Shown here in pieces: positions 52,371-64,000 of a DNA stretch of 64,000 nucleotides (its first letter is position 1; every line of letters starts with the position of its first letter). The notes beneath the pieces were generated by a model. It did not search any database, was not told the origin of the DNA, and was given only the letters and a program-made list of their open reading frames with translations. Location: positions 32,808,304 to 32,872,303 of the forward strand of contig NC_092671.1 in the NCBI RefSeq assembly GCF_964355755.1, given 5' to 3'. Source of the DNA: Antedon mediterranea (Eukaryota; Animalia; Echinodermata). A program made the translations under genes and the position numbers.

Positions 52371-53662
52371 TAATTTGGTGATGTTGAACTGACATCCATC
52401 ATGTTAACAGTTACATCTCTGGAATTCAGCGGTTTGTTAAATCTTCCAGGTTTGCTGTCAGTGGATGTCACCTCTGCAGTCCGGAAGCTAGGGTCGTTCC
52501 GCATGTCTGCTTGCTCCTTAATCATCTTAACAAAAACGTTAAACGGAGGGAATGAAACATTCTTTTCTTTCTTGTATTGATTACCTTTTGTCATCCATTT
52601 CTCTTGCAAATTGTGAGGTAACTTTCGCACGATAGGGTTTACGCCATGAGCTGAGTCCAAATACAGCAAACCGGGGAAGCTTCCATCGTCTTTAGCACAC
52701 TTAATTTCAAGAAGCAGGTGGGTAAGTTCACGCAACTTTGTAACGTCTCGGATAGCAAACCTTGGGAATTCATCCAATCTTTTCATTAAGTCCCGTTCAA
52801 TAACCTCCGGAGCACCATAATACTTTTCAAGAGTCTCCCATGCCATTTGTAGTCCCTTAGAAGGATCATGAACCGTTATTGCTCTAATTGGTTTTATGAG
52901 TTTCACTGATTCATCGCCTAACCATTTTATGATGAGATCAAGTTCTTGAGGCGGTAACAATCGCAGGTCACCAGTGACTCGCTTGAACGATGCTTTCCAC
53001 GGTCTATAGTTACCTACTTTGTCATCAAACTTTAATAGTCCTGAAGCTACGAGTTCTTTCCGCATTAAATGATTGGTTAACGCATCAACTGCAGGAAAAC
53101 CAGAATGGTTGTCAGGGGCTTGAGTGGTTGGTGACTGCCCAATTGTCTGTTGAGATGGTTGATGTGTAACCGGAGGTGTGAAATGTCCTGTCACATAACT
53201 TTCAGTGCGTTGGGCAGAATCCTGAGGAGGTGGCAGACCCAGACGGTCAGATAAGCTTGTGGTGTCAGCAGGTTTAAATTCTACCTCATTATCGTCATAG
53301 GCTGCCGCTTCTACTGACGCTATAGCAGCTTCTTTTTCTGCGTGAAGCAGGTAGTAGTCTGCCTGTTGTTGGGCCCGTTGTCGCTCCAGCTCAGCTTCAT
53401 TGCGCATCATGTCTGCCTCTCGTCGGGCAAACTGGAGTTTGGCTCTCGTTATTTCAGCTCTTGCTCGTGCCTGTGACGCAGAGCTGCTTGTGGTGGAGTA
53501 ATGAGTACTGGTACAGTCATCATCTGAAGATGGTTGTTGCCGTTGGCGACTTCCGACGATGGATGGAAGTCTAGGTTCCGATGCTGATAATCTGTTTATT
53601 CTGTCCAACCGACCATCTTCTTGTCTACGCAAGTTGTAAGTTCTACCAGATCTTGTAGACAT
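52355..53662 (-). pseudogene. BEL gag (DUF1759-like)
   Basis: LLKFDD....YRPWKASF, ELDLIIKWLG.ES, AWETLEKYYG.PE, NPIVRKLP..LQEKW, FPPF..FV. Confidence 0.88.
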
Positions 53663-55158
53663 GTTGAGAAGTGTTTTTACTGTGCTGCCCTCGATAACGG
53701 TCGCGTCTTCTAGACAGCCAGATAACCAAATAAGACACTAGATGTACATATAGTTAGAGTTTCGTTACTAACGTTTATTATGCGTCGTATCGTAGTATAT
53801 TATATTGGTAAAACTGTGGAGGATTACAAAGAAAAACATTATCTAGACTACATTAAAAATAGCAATACAGCGTACGAACATTGTATTTAGCTGTTTAAGC
53901 AAAAAGGGGTAACGTAAATGCTAATCAAATATATAACTGCTATACTAACCTAAATTAATTAATATCTTTAATTGCTATAACATTTCAACAAAGGTATAGG
54001 CATCAATGGTAAAATTATGCCTTATATGCATTAAGACTAGGAATGAATTAACAATAAATCATCGTCCTAGATCGTAGACAGTAATTATTAAGATAGATAC
54101 TGTACATATATAGCCAGTACTATAAAGTAGAAACTTGATTGAATAGTATATATGGACCTATATATGGCCAATTAAAAGTTAAAATAACAATTACAAATTA
54201 ACATGTACTCACACACTGTGATTCTCAAATAGAGACACGTCAAAGATATAAAAAGAAAAGAAACTTGTAAACGAAAAGCATATAAAAGCTTGTGGACTTC
54301 TCTCAGTGAATGCTACTGTATTACTAATACTTTATACTGTACAATGTACAAATTAAGTCAACTAGAGGGTGAGCTCGCTTCGCTCGCTCCCCCTCTAGGA
54401 AGTGTAGACGATGGTTCTCGGAATGATAATGTTCTTCTTTTACGTTTTCTGTCGGTTACCATTATTGAAAATGCTTGACATTCGTAAAACTAAACTATTC
54501 TGTTTCACAGTGTCTTAGATGATTAATAACATTTTAAAGTATAGTCTTTATTATTTGGTAGGGCCCTTATAGGGCGGAGGTGGGGAGGCGGAGTTCATTT
54601 GACTCGAGGGAGGGGCTTATTCGAGGGATATATGTTAAATTTTTGAGTTTTAATAATAATGGTAACATTTATAATCAAATGAAATCCTCTAACTGTACTA
54701 ATAGATATGAAAAGTGATAAAAAAGAATAACAAATGCTTGGTAAATTCTAGATAACATTGCGATGAATTCTACTACAAATAGTATAATTGTGTTATTATA
54801 AATGTGGATGGGATGGACGTTTATTAGATAGTTGGTGATTGTTATTCAAAGTGATGTTTTATTGGAGAGGCGTTTATTCAAATAAATATCATCCTAATAA
54901 GTATTAATACATTATTTAATTTAAACATCTTTTGAAACTAACTGCCGTGACAGAGTGGGCCATTTCGGCCCAAGAAAGAAGACATTACGGCTTGCAACAT
55001 GGGCAGACATCTCGGTCCTAACAGGACACAGATAGCCTACAGTTATTCCTGCCAGCTTACTTAATAAAACTCAGCTATCGGGATTTCACTCGATTAATGT
55101 CTTATCATCAAATCTCCCTATGTAATTTTATAATACTATTCCCCACAATATATTGGTT

Positions 55159-55402
55159 GGAGCTGTGGCTTGGTGGTTATGATGCTTGACTACCAATCTA
55201 AGGGTCCTGGGTTCAAGTCCTGTCATATGTCAGGGGTTTTTTCTCATGACAATTTACAACTCCACTCCCAAACACTTAATAATAAGTCTTTGTTTATGTA
55301 GAGCATCTTGAAATTATTAAATAGTTTATCCATCCTGTAATTGGCGGGTTACTCGCTGTTGGATGAGTATGAAATAAAATAAAAAAAATAAAAAAATAAA
55401 AA
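55159..55402 (+). mobile_element. tRNA-derived SINE
   Basis: GGAGCTG TGGCTTGGTGG (A box), anticodon-like arm CTTGA-CTACCAA-TCTAA, GGTTCAAGTCC (B box), no 3' acceptor strand, A-rich tail. Confidence 0.7.
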
Positions 55403-55976
55403 TATTCCGATTCTTTATGGCGTATATTTAATTTGATCTTTATGACTTTGCAGTATAATTTTTATTTTTTAACTACTGTACCTTTCACACGCGCGGTCCG
55501 TTCCTAAAATAAACAAAAAACTAAAATGGCTATGACTAATGGCCAACTTAAGCTCCAGTCCTACTATAGTATCTGTGTTTTTCTTCCGTCTTCCAAAGGG
55601 ACACTGTATTGATTGATGGAAAGTGCCTGTTTCCAGTCACCTTTAGGGTCAAATCTATTATTTTAACTGCTCCCTTGTGTATAAAAGAGAGAAAATAGTT
55701 GAAACCAAGTTGCTGCAAGGTGAACTTATCATAAACCCGGAAATAACTTGACCGCCAAGAATTGAAATTGAGTAGAAAATCTACTGTTGAAATCATAAAT
55801 GTTGTTAAAAAACTCTTTATAATATCTTGCTAAGATAGAAATATGGAAAAATAGCGTCGAACTGCACATTAATGTTATCAAATCTACGTTTCGCGGTACA
55901 TCTGAGATAGATAAGGTAGGTATCCAAGGCGGAGATTTGTACCGAAGTTTTTGCATTGTGCTCGCCTATGTCAGAA

Positions 55977-57194
55977 TCTATATATAAATTTACGTAAGGG
56001 CAAAATTCGGTAAATCGCGCCTTACTTTTAGAATTTTTACTCGATGGTATGTAAAGTTGGTTCGTACTTTCGGTACTGATTTTAACCACCTGATGTAACC
56101 CTGTTTACTAATTAAATTAAGTTAGATAATTAGTTATTGACGATTAAAACGAATTTAGGTTCAACGATTTGCCCCAGATAGGGGTGTTTTCCGATCGTGG
56201 TATACACTGTCTAATGGATGTCCATCTTGAAAAATACCCGCCACAAAAATGCGAGGAGGCTTCGCATTTTCCTATCTCCTCCTACGATAATTGTTTTTAA
56301 TAGCTGAAAACCGGTTGAACAGCTCGAGTACAGTATCATAATGTTGAAGACATGCCGATTTTCTTTAAAAAAATACTATTTTGATAGATTTAATATACGT
56401 TTATACAAATGTATTGATTTGCGATGAATGGAACATTCCAATCTCTGTGTCGTTCCACAAGTGTCTATTCCGTCAGGCGTCGTAAAGGAAAGTACTGTAT
56501 ACCGTACTCATAACAGAAATTCGATCCATTTTTTTTTTCAATCTGTGCTGCAGAGGTTGGATATAATTTTTTTTAAACGGATTATGAGCTAGCGTTTTCA
56601 GTCGCCGTAATTTAATATTTATTACCGATTAAATCGAATTTATGATTTGCCCCGAATAGAGGTGGTTTTCACAAATTGTTTAACATTATATATAAACATA
56701 CGTCGTAGTGTATCGTTACATGTACTGTACTATTTCAATCGACTACGACGGTGATAGTTTCAACAAAATATTACATCGCAATGTTTTACTGTGTTTAGTG
56801 GTATATTATTTGTAAAACATGTTAATTAATATTTCGTTACAAAATAAAGAATATATTTAAAAATTGTTCCTCTTTGCACCCATCCTCTTCCCCATCTCTC
56901 AACCATAATGTTACATACAAAACACAAATTAAGTTTGTTTAAATTTGACTTAAACAATTGGTCTCATTTTGTGACAACTTTCTCTTTCGGAAGTAATTCC
57001 CAGTGTGCTAATTTTAGTTGAGTACATAAATCACAGTGTCTATTTAATCGTTCCTGTAAACGACATATATTATTGTCCTGCATTATTGTACATTTGAAAT
57101 CGCCAGTTTTTTAACGCTGAAATTACTGTGTATTCGAGAACCATCTGTGGGCACGACCTAGATGGTACGCGAGCGAAGCGAGCGTACCATCTAG
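55977..57194 (+). mobile_element. Non-autonomous Helitron, copy C (family of A/B), nested in the outer Helitron
   Basis: A|TCTATATATAAATTTACG...CTAGATGGTACGCGAGCGAAGCGAGCGTACCATCTAG|T. The empty site is visible at 3248-3317. Confidence 0.93.
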
Positions 57195-58055
57195 TTAACC
57201 ATAATTTATATATAGATGCATTGGAATGTCCAAATCCAAACAAGTGCCTTAGGCCCTGTTCAGACCCATGGCGTTAGACCGTTTTAGCGTACAACGTTAC
57301 TATCAAGGTCACGTTACAAACCGCAGAGAAAAAAACGAGGTGTTCAGACCCATAGCGTACGATTATCGTTACAACGGAAGTACGTCATGCAAGTTGTTTC
57401 TAGTTGCATATTCATGTGCTCTTACCCACGTGTTTTCATCATTATTTCCACTGTATACAGGCCTAGATCTCAGCCCTACAATTATGACAAAATTTGCCGT
57501 AAATAAAACATACCTCAGCATTTATTTAAGAAAAATATAGTAAAGCCAAATTTCTGTTTCTATTGTTTTTATTTGGTAGTAAAAAACATTTTCCCCAGGC
57601 TCTTGTGTTACGAAAATAAAGCAGGCCTCGCAATGATGAAGAAAAAAATGATTGTGATTAGTCTATCCAGTCCAGTCAAAGATTATATATTCTTTGGTCC
57701 AGTCGGTTGAAAATAACCCTTAACTTGCTAATAAAAGGGAAACAGCTCCCCTTGTTTGTTTACTGATTTTTTTAGGAGTTAGGGGGTTTTCAGCATTAAA
57801 CTTGTCCAGTCTAGTCTGCCTTGTATGAATGAGTGACTTGATGTCCCAGGCTAGTTTTTAGCTTGAATGAAATGCGTGAATGGCTCTAGGCCTAGCTAGG
57901 CCTAAAAGCGGATGGGATCGTAGTCCCTATGTTTAAATACAAGGTGCATGTATTTATGTCATTTGTTAGAAAATATAATGGTAATCAGTTGATAATAGTT
58001 TGTAGCCTTTGTAACAGTTGTATTTGTAGTGTAGTTAGGCCTTATTTATTCTCTA

Positions 58056-58683
58056 CAGGGTTGGGTAGGTTTGGCCAGTATGCGTACCTTTTTATGGCCA
58101 GCGGGCGTCCCGGAAATTGCGCAATATGGCCAGCGGGCGTCCAATTATTGCGCAATATTTGTTCAATGGCAGCGTCCGCTCCGTGCGTGTGAAATACGTA
58201 CAATGCGACAGAGAGGGCGTTATATTTACATTTTCCGCGCGAGATGCCGGCCGGCCACGTACTATTATTATTTATCAGAAAAAAAATATTAAATAATGTG
58301 AAATTTCATTTAAAATGTTTTTTGATTGACATTATAATAGTTAAAACTATTAATAATTATTGTTATTAATTAGGCCCTAAAATACAGTAGTATAATTTAC
58401 TAAATCAGTTTAACTTTGGCTACTAGCCTGCTCTGAACAGATAGATTGGATTTTAGAGGCCTCAGTTCAGCCTTGCCCTACTTGCAAATTCTGTATATAT
58501 AAAATTAATTATGTATATAGCGCCATCTGTGTCGCATTGTACGTATTTCACACGCACGGAGCGGACGCTGCCATTGAACAAATATTGCGCAATAATTGGA
58601 CGCCCGCTGGCCATATTGCGAAATTTCCGGGACGCCCGCTGGCCATAAAAAGGTACGCATACTGGCCAAACCTACCCAACCCG
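58056..58683. mobile_element. Tc1/mariner-like MITE with ~165-bp TIRs
   Basis: CAGGGTTGGGTAGGTTTGGCCAGTATGCG... / ...CGCATACTGGCCAAACCTACCCAACCCG, flanked by TA. Confidence 0.8.
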
Positions 58684-58686
58684 TAT

Positions 58687-60270
58687 GCGATTTTTTTTTC
58701 CGTACGAGAGTTCCTCCATCGGTTCGTTTCGGACTCAATCGACTCTCTTCGGTATTCGGTAAAGTCAGCTCACTGATGCGTGACAATATAATACAATTTA
58801 CATTTACAAACCGCGAGCTATACTTTCACACAGGCTCTCATAATAGTAAAATGAATCTACACTAATACGAGTTTTGATGACATTAATTAATAAATACTAG
58901 GTCTACTTAGTAATTACATTAAGAACCCAATAGCATATTGAAGATACTTAGGTCTACGACCCAATAGTAGGTCGTATCAGATATTATTTTTTGAAGTTGA
59001 ACGACCTTTTGTCACGAACGAGAGGCTCTTTTCTTATCGTTTATGGTATTGTAGCTAGCCCATGGCTAGCCTAGCCAAGCTTGTGTAAGCATATGCAAGG
59101 TATTACTTTTGAATTTAAAATGATTATGTACAGTAGGAATTTCTATGCACAGTGTATGTTTTTTATACCTTTTAAAATAATATTATTAAATTAATATTTA
59201 TATTGTAAGGTAATGGAAATTTTACGTTAAAGGTGTACGTAATTATCCCCAATCTTGAAAAATAAAGATTTCAGACTTTTAATATAGGCAATTTTGGAGT
59301 TTTAATTAAGTTATAGGCCTACAACTAATATTATTGTTTATTATGTGTATATGTAATTTGGAAAATCATAAAAAATATATGCAAAGTAAAAAACATTCAG
59401 AAGACAGGAAAGCAATAGTACAAATACATTTAATAATACTGTAACACATTTTCCAGGAAGCTTATAATTATATGTGATAAATACTATCATCTTGTCATGA
59501 AGATCGGTTTTCTTTATTCCATATTCTTGATTTTATTTTTTTTATTATGGTTTCGGAAATAATTTTTTTTTTTAAATTGTTCATTTTAATTCAAAATTTC
59601 CACTGGCCAAGATATCAATAATTATTAAATTAACACAATATTAAACGCTTTATAAGCAAGCATGTGTTTCTATACATTACAACTTAGGCCTACAAGAATA
59701 CATGTTACTAATACTAGGCCTATATGTATACAATTTTTCAAATGTTACACTTAAAAACCTGAAGAAAATTGTAATTTTCTTGATAAAAACATCTGTTAGT
59801 GTTACTTCTGTACATATAATTTCTAACCTACTACTTCATTTTATTAAAATAAAAAATAGTACTGTAGATGGAAATGTACTACATTGAAGCACACGTACGT
59901 AGGGCTAGGCTAGGCCTTGCTTGTGACGACCAACAAAGTGCTGCTGCTGTTTGTGTGTTACTGTTTGTGAATCTGATGGTACATACATTGGTTTGTGGCT
60001 GCCTATACAGTATTATATTATTAAAATTCTAGGCCTATTATTTATTATTACAATGACGTTCAGTACTACTATTAATATTTATTATTATATTTACAGTGAG
60101 TATAGTATTAGGCCTCTAGTATGTATAAATCTGTCACTCGTGCAAAAAAGCTGCTCACGTTTTGTCTTGTGGTTGCTGTCACGCATCAGTGAGCATCGGT
60201 GGCTTACCGAAGAGTCGATTGAGTCCGAAACGAACCGATGGAGGAACTCTCGTACGGAAAAAAAAATCGC
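58687..60270. mobile_element. Non-autonomous MULE
   Basis: ~95-bp TIRs GCGATTTTTTTTTCCGTACGAGAGTTCCTCC...; exact 9-bp TSD AACCCGTAT (58678-58686, 60271-60279). Confidence 0.88.
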
Positions 60271-61184
60271 AACCCGTATCTTTATTCTGGCCTTTTTGTT
60301 ATTGAAATCCATCTCACACATTGACGATACAAGATGTCAGCCTAGGTCAAACCTTGTTCCGCGTCATAACAGGAAACGTTCTGATTGGATACAACGTTGA
60401 CATACAGTAGCGTCGTACGCTAAAACGGTACTATCAACCGTTTTCCACTACAACGCTACAACCGTTGTACGACGCGTTGTACGCTAATCCCCAACTGTTC
60501 AGACACACATTCTTTTAGCGTCGTACGCTAAAACGGTCTAACGCCATGGGTCTGAACAGGGCCTTAATGATAATACAGTGTGGTACTCCAGGTCAAAACT
60601 AGGAATAACCATGGTAACAATTAAAGTTGCAATACATTCAATAGTGTACTGAACTACATTTTATATTAAGGATAACTATACTAAGTAAATTTGTAAGGAA
60701 ATTTATTTGGAGGCAAAATAATTATATTATTATTATATAAGCATACATATTGTATTATTACCACTAGAACATATTTATTCAATCTGATGAAGAAGTGTTT
60801 CTAGCTAGGTATTACATTCTCTATCTCTGTCCAATGATAAACAATTAAGTGTAAATAATAATTCAGTTGATTTGTAATAAAATAAAAACATTTATAAAAG
60901 AAATAATATGGTATTGCGGTACCTAAACAATTCCAGGTAATTGAAATACACATTTTTATTCCAAAGCATAAAAATATGATACATTTATGATTGTACTTTC
61001 TATAAAGATAACATTACATTTTATATGTTAATTTGTATTAAATCTTAATTTTACAGTCATTATAGGGCCTACTGCCTATTTCCTGTAGAATAACTTTTCG
61101 TATCTCTACTCAACGTGCGAGGCGCCCTTGAAATAGGCCCCGCCCGCGCCCATAGTGTCTCGCGTTTATTTGCATTGATCGAAT

Positions 61185-61629
61185 CATGGATTAAAGCAAA
61201 GAACTTATAACACAAGAATCTCCTGTTCGTCCGAAGCGCGTAACAATTTCGAAAGGCATTGTGGGATAGAATAGAGCTATGGGTGGCGCCATTGTGAGCC
61301 ATGGAGTAGGGCGCCCGCATCAAATTAGAAAGTCAAAATCATAGAGGGGATCTGCTAATGCTCTAGGGGGGATAGAGTAATTGACTGAGGAGTAGGGCGC
61401 CCGCCGCATCAAATTAGAAAGTCAAAATCATAGAGGGGTTCTGCTAATACTCTAGGGGGGTAGAGTAATTGACTTCCTAGTTTGTTTGGAGGGGGCGCTG
61501 CTCCATGCTGTGAAATGGCGTCGCCCAGTTTGACCTTTTAACCCTGTACTTCCGATACTGTGTTTTGAATGCAAATTGAAGAACAGGAGATTCTTGTGTT
61601 ATAAGTTCTTTGATTAAAGTTAATCCATG
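61185..61629. mobile_element. P-element-like MITE
   Basis: CATGGATTAA...CAAAGAACTTATAACACAAGAATCTCCTGTTC TIRs, CAT...ATG termini, 7-bp TSD ATCGAAT. Internal ~85-bp direct duplication (61303-61386 / 61389-61474). Confidence 0.75.
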
Positions 61630-61637
61630 ATCGAATA

Positions 61638-61720
61638 GAGGAAGTGTGATATTGGTTCAGTGTCACAGCCAAGCCACAGTACGTTCAGCGTCAATCACAT
61701 CGCCATTGTCCATGCGGTAA
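61638..61720 (+). promoter_or_regulatory. Possible promoter/first exon of the zinc-finger gene
   Basis: GGAAGT (ETS-like), ATTGG (reverse CCAAT), CGCCATT (YY1-like) and a G|GTAATC donor, all clustered. Confidence 0.3.
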
Positions 61721-62563
61721 TCACACTCATTATTTTGCAGCATAAATAACCTAGGCTTAGGGTTTAAGCTGTACCTACCGTATCTACATAGTATCTTACT
61801 AATCTTTGTTGATTATAGCCTAGTTAATAGCCTTTATTATCAAACGTAGGCTATGTCATAATAACAGGTCTAGGCCTAGGCCTAGCTAGTATTTTAATAT
61901 CTAAGTACTGTAGGCTAGAGGCCTCCTAGGACCTAGAGGCTAGGCCTAGCCTTGCTTGTTGTTTTGGACACAACTGTCTGTCCGACAGACTGGCCTAGTC
62001 AGGCTAGTAGGCCTAGTAGTAGTATTCTAGGTTATGGCCTAGCAGCAACTGTGTGTGTTGTTGTATGTACATATAATGCTGGCCTGTTTGTTTGCTCTGT
62101 ATTGAAACCATTCAAAAAGTTGAAGTTGATGAGTGCTGCACGTCGTCTGTTTACGACGTGATTACAAAATACAACTGTTTTACTTTTGATTTGAGTAAAA
62201 CTGTATGCCACGCAGTACAATTATACAATACAGATTACAGTTTTATTTATTTTAGTAGATTTAGGAAAAAAATGTGTAAAAGAAAAGACTGTTAATGTGT
62301 GTTAAAGAAACGAAACAACCTGTAAGCTGCCCTTGTATATATCATATACAGTATCATAATACAGTATATTATAAATTGCTTTTATTGTACTGAAAGGCAT
62401 GAAAAAGAACATAACATGGTGATGGTAAGTACCATCATAATTATCATTTTAAAACAAGCAAGGATGTACAGTAGGCCTAGTCTTCAACATTCACCTTGAA
62501 CATTATCCTGGAATAACATGTACAGTTACTGTATGCCTTTACTAAGAATAAAGAAAGACCAAA

Positions 62564-63442
62564 ATGAAATATAAATGTGAACATTGTGGAAATAAATTTG
62601 AATTAAGTGATTTGAAGAAACATTTAGGAATACATTTGCAATCTGATCAAGAGATACAATATAAACTCTGTGAAAAGACATTTGACGAAGGAGTTGAACA
62701 AGCAAAAATAGACCTACCTGTTCATTTGAGAGTAGGCCTACACAAGGAAGAGACACTATATCAGTGTGAACATTGTGGAAAGGAATTTAAACAAAATGAT
62801 TATTTGAAGAAACATTTGAGAATACACACAGGAGAGACACCATATGAATGTGAACATTGTGGAAAAAAATTTAACTCAAAGGGAAATTTAAAATCACATT
62901 TGAGAATACACACAGGAGAGACGCCATATGAATGTGAACATTGTGGGAAGAAATTTAACTCAAATGGCAATTTGAAATCACATTTAAGAATACACAGAGG
63001 AGAGACACCATATGAATGTGAACATTGTGGGAAGAAATTTAAACGGAATGCAAATTTGAAAGCACATTTGATGGTGCACACAGGAGAAACACCGTATGAA
63101 TGTGAACATTGCGGAAAGAAATTTAAACAGAATGGGGATTTGAATAGGCATTTGCTAATACACACAGGAGAGACACCATATGAATGTGAACATTGTGGAA
63201 AGAAATTTAAACAAAAGAGTTATTTGAAGAAACATTTAAAAATACACACAGGAGAGACACCATATGAATGTGAATATTGTGGGAAGAAGTTTAAGTGGAA
63301 TACGAATTTGAAAAGGCATTTGTTGCTAATACACACTGGAGGTGAGGCACTGTATGAATGTGAATATTGTGGGAAGAAATTTAAACAGAATGGAGGTTTG
63401 AAAAGACATTTTGAGAATGCACACATGGGAGACACCATATGA
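62564..63442 (+). CDS. Tandem C2H2 zinc-finger protein (~9 fingers, TGETPY linkers); decayed fingers continue to ~63690
   Basis: Repeated YECEHCGKKF..x..LxxHLxIH units at 84-bp period. A frameshift in the last finger (HFENAH) and broken fingers downstream suggest 3' decay. Confidence 0.85.
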   Translation: MKYKCEHCGNKFELSDLKKHLGIHLQSDQEIQYKLCEKTFDEGVEQAKIDLPVHLRVGLHKEETLYQCEHCGKEFKQNDYLKKHLRIHTGETPYECEHCGKKFNSKGNLKSHLRIHTGETPYECEHCGKKFNSNGNLKSHLRIHRGETPYECEHCGKKFKRNANLKAHLMVHTGETPYECEHCGKKFKQNGDLNRHLLIHTGETPYECEHCGKKFKQKSYLKKHLKIHTGETPYECEYCGKKFKWNTNLKRHLLLIHTGGEALYECEYCGKKFKQNGGLKRHFENAHMGDTI

Positions 63443-64000
63443 ATGTGAAATTTGGAGATGACATTTAATGTACTGTACTGTAATAGAAAAACTGTAAAAC
63501 ATTTGAGAATACACACAGGAGAAAAACCATTTGGATGTGAACATTGAAGAAAGAAATTTAAACACCACAGTATGGCATTGGGGAGTTAAAGAACATTAGA
63601 GAATGCACACAGGAGAGAACCATTTGAATGTGAACATTGTGAGAGATTTAAATCAAAAAGCAATTTGAAATCAATACGAGAATACAAATCTTGAAACACA
63701 TGTGATGTTGTGTTACTAAATACTCCTTGAGAAATCTAGATAAAAGTAAAGTAACTAAGTGTGATTTCATGTACTGTACCTTTAAAATCAATTCAAATAG
63801 TGTTCAACATTTCATTGGTAACAACAAAACAGAGAGCCACAGAGGGCAGTCTTTATTTTCGGAATAAACTTATCCATATTTTGACATTAAAAAATGTTCA
63901 AAACGTACAATTTAATATACACAATTATTATCATTAAATGTAATGTTAGCAGCATGTACTGTACTTGATAACATTTTATATCATAAAACCTTACCTAGCG

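Larger units (their letters stand above)
49018..53809 (-). mobile_element. BEL/Pao LTR retrotransposon, defective (no integrase, fold-back 3' end)
   Basis: 5' LTR ends ...GCAGCACA at 53681, followed by GTAAAAAC and the gag ATG at 53662. LTR-end sequence recurs at 49018-49199. The outer boundary of the 5' LTR (>53809) was not resolved. Confidence 0.92.
54362..57216 (-). mobile_element. Second Helitron family (outer element)
   Basis: Minus strand A|TCTATATATAAATTATGGTTAA 5' end at 57216; 3' hairpin CTAGAGGGGGAGCGAGCGAAGCGAGCTCACCCTCTAG|T at 54362. Confidence 0.8.
57252..60563. mobile_element. Non-autonomous PIF/Harbinger element
   Basis: ~39-bp perfect TIR GGCCCTGTTCAGACCCATGGCGTTAGACCGTTTTAGCGT; TTA on both sides. 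Confidence 0.9.

Noticed and set aside
52355-52395. Programmed -1 frameshift at AAAAAAAC between gag and pol
   Set aside because: The downstream frame is +1, not -1, and BEL elements normally have one ORF. An extra A in a homopolymer is simpler.
53830-53845. ACA|TTAT as the outer end of the BEL 5' LTR with a TTAT TSD
   Set aside because: Only 4 bp match where ~5 is expected, the LTR would be only ~158 bp, and the sequence is AT-rich. The boundary is left unresolved.
62800-63568. Repetitive Cys/Phe-rich minus-strand ORFs
   Set aside because: They are antisense reading of the zinc-finger repeats.

Overview
AT-rich, intron-containing animal genomic DNA, probably from a marine invertebrate such as an echinoderm (inferred from HYR-rich adhesion GPCR exons and the repeat types). 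Genes, left to right: (1) the 3' four exons of a DXO/Dom3Z decapping exoribonuclease (+, 1339-16059). Its 12.7-kb intron holds a compact same-strand two-gene cassette (an orphan ORF and a frameshifted tyrosine-kinase-like gene) and a CACTA/EnSpm deletion derivative with a nested MULE. (2) A pseudogenised signal peptide-D8C-(HYR)x7 gene fragment (-, 21069-31120). (3) The 3' half of an adhesion GPCR (HYR-HYR-EGF-Ig-SEA-HormR-GAIN/GPS-7TM; -, 33364-45658), with stops only in two ectodomain exons. (4) A C2H2 zinc-finger array (+, 62564-63442). The rest is a dense, nested transposon landscape: Helitrons (a tandem pair and a nested pair), Harbinger, hAT, MULE, P-like and Tc1-like MITEs, SINE-like elements, and an integrase-less BEL/Pao retrotransposon with a fold-back LTR end. 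Best leads: the nested orphan+kinase cassette, the apparently permuted GPCR halves, the BEL palindromic terminus, and a hammerhead-like motif behind the DXO stop codon. All exon boundaries and alignments were read by eye, without tools.
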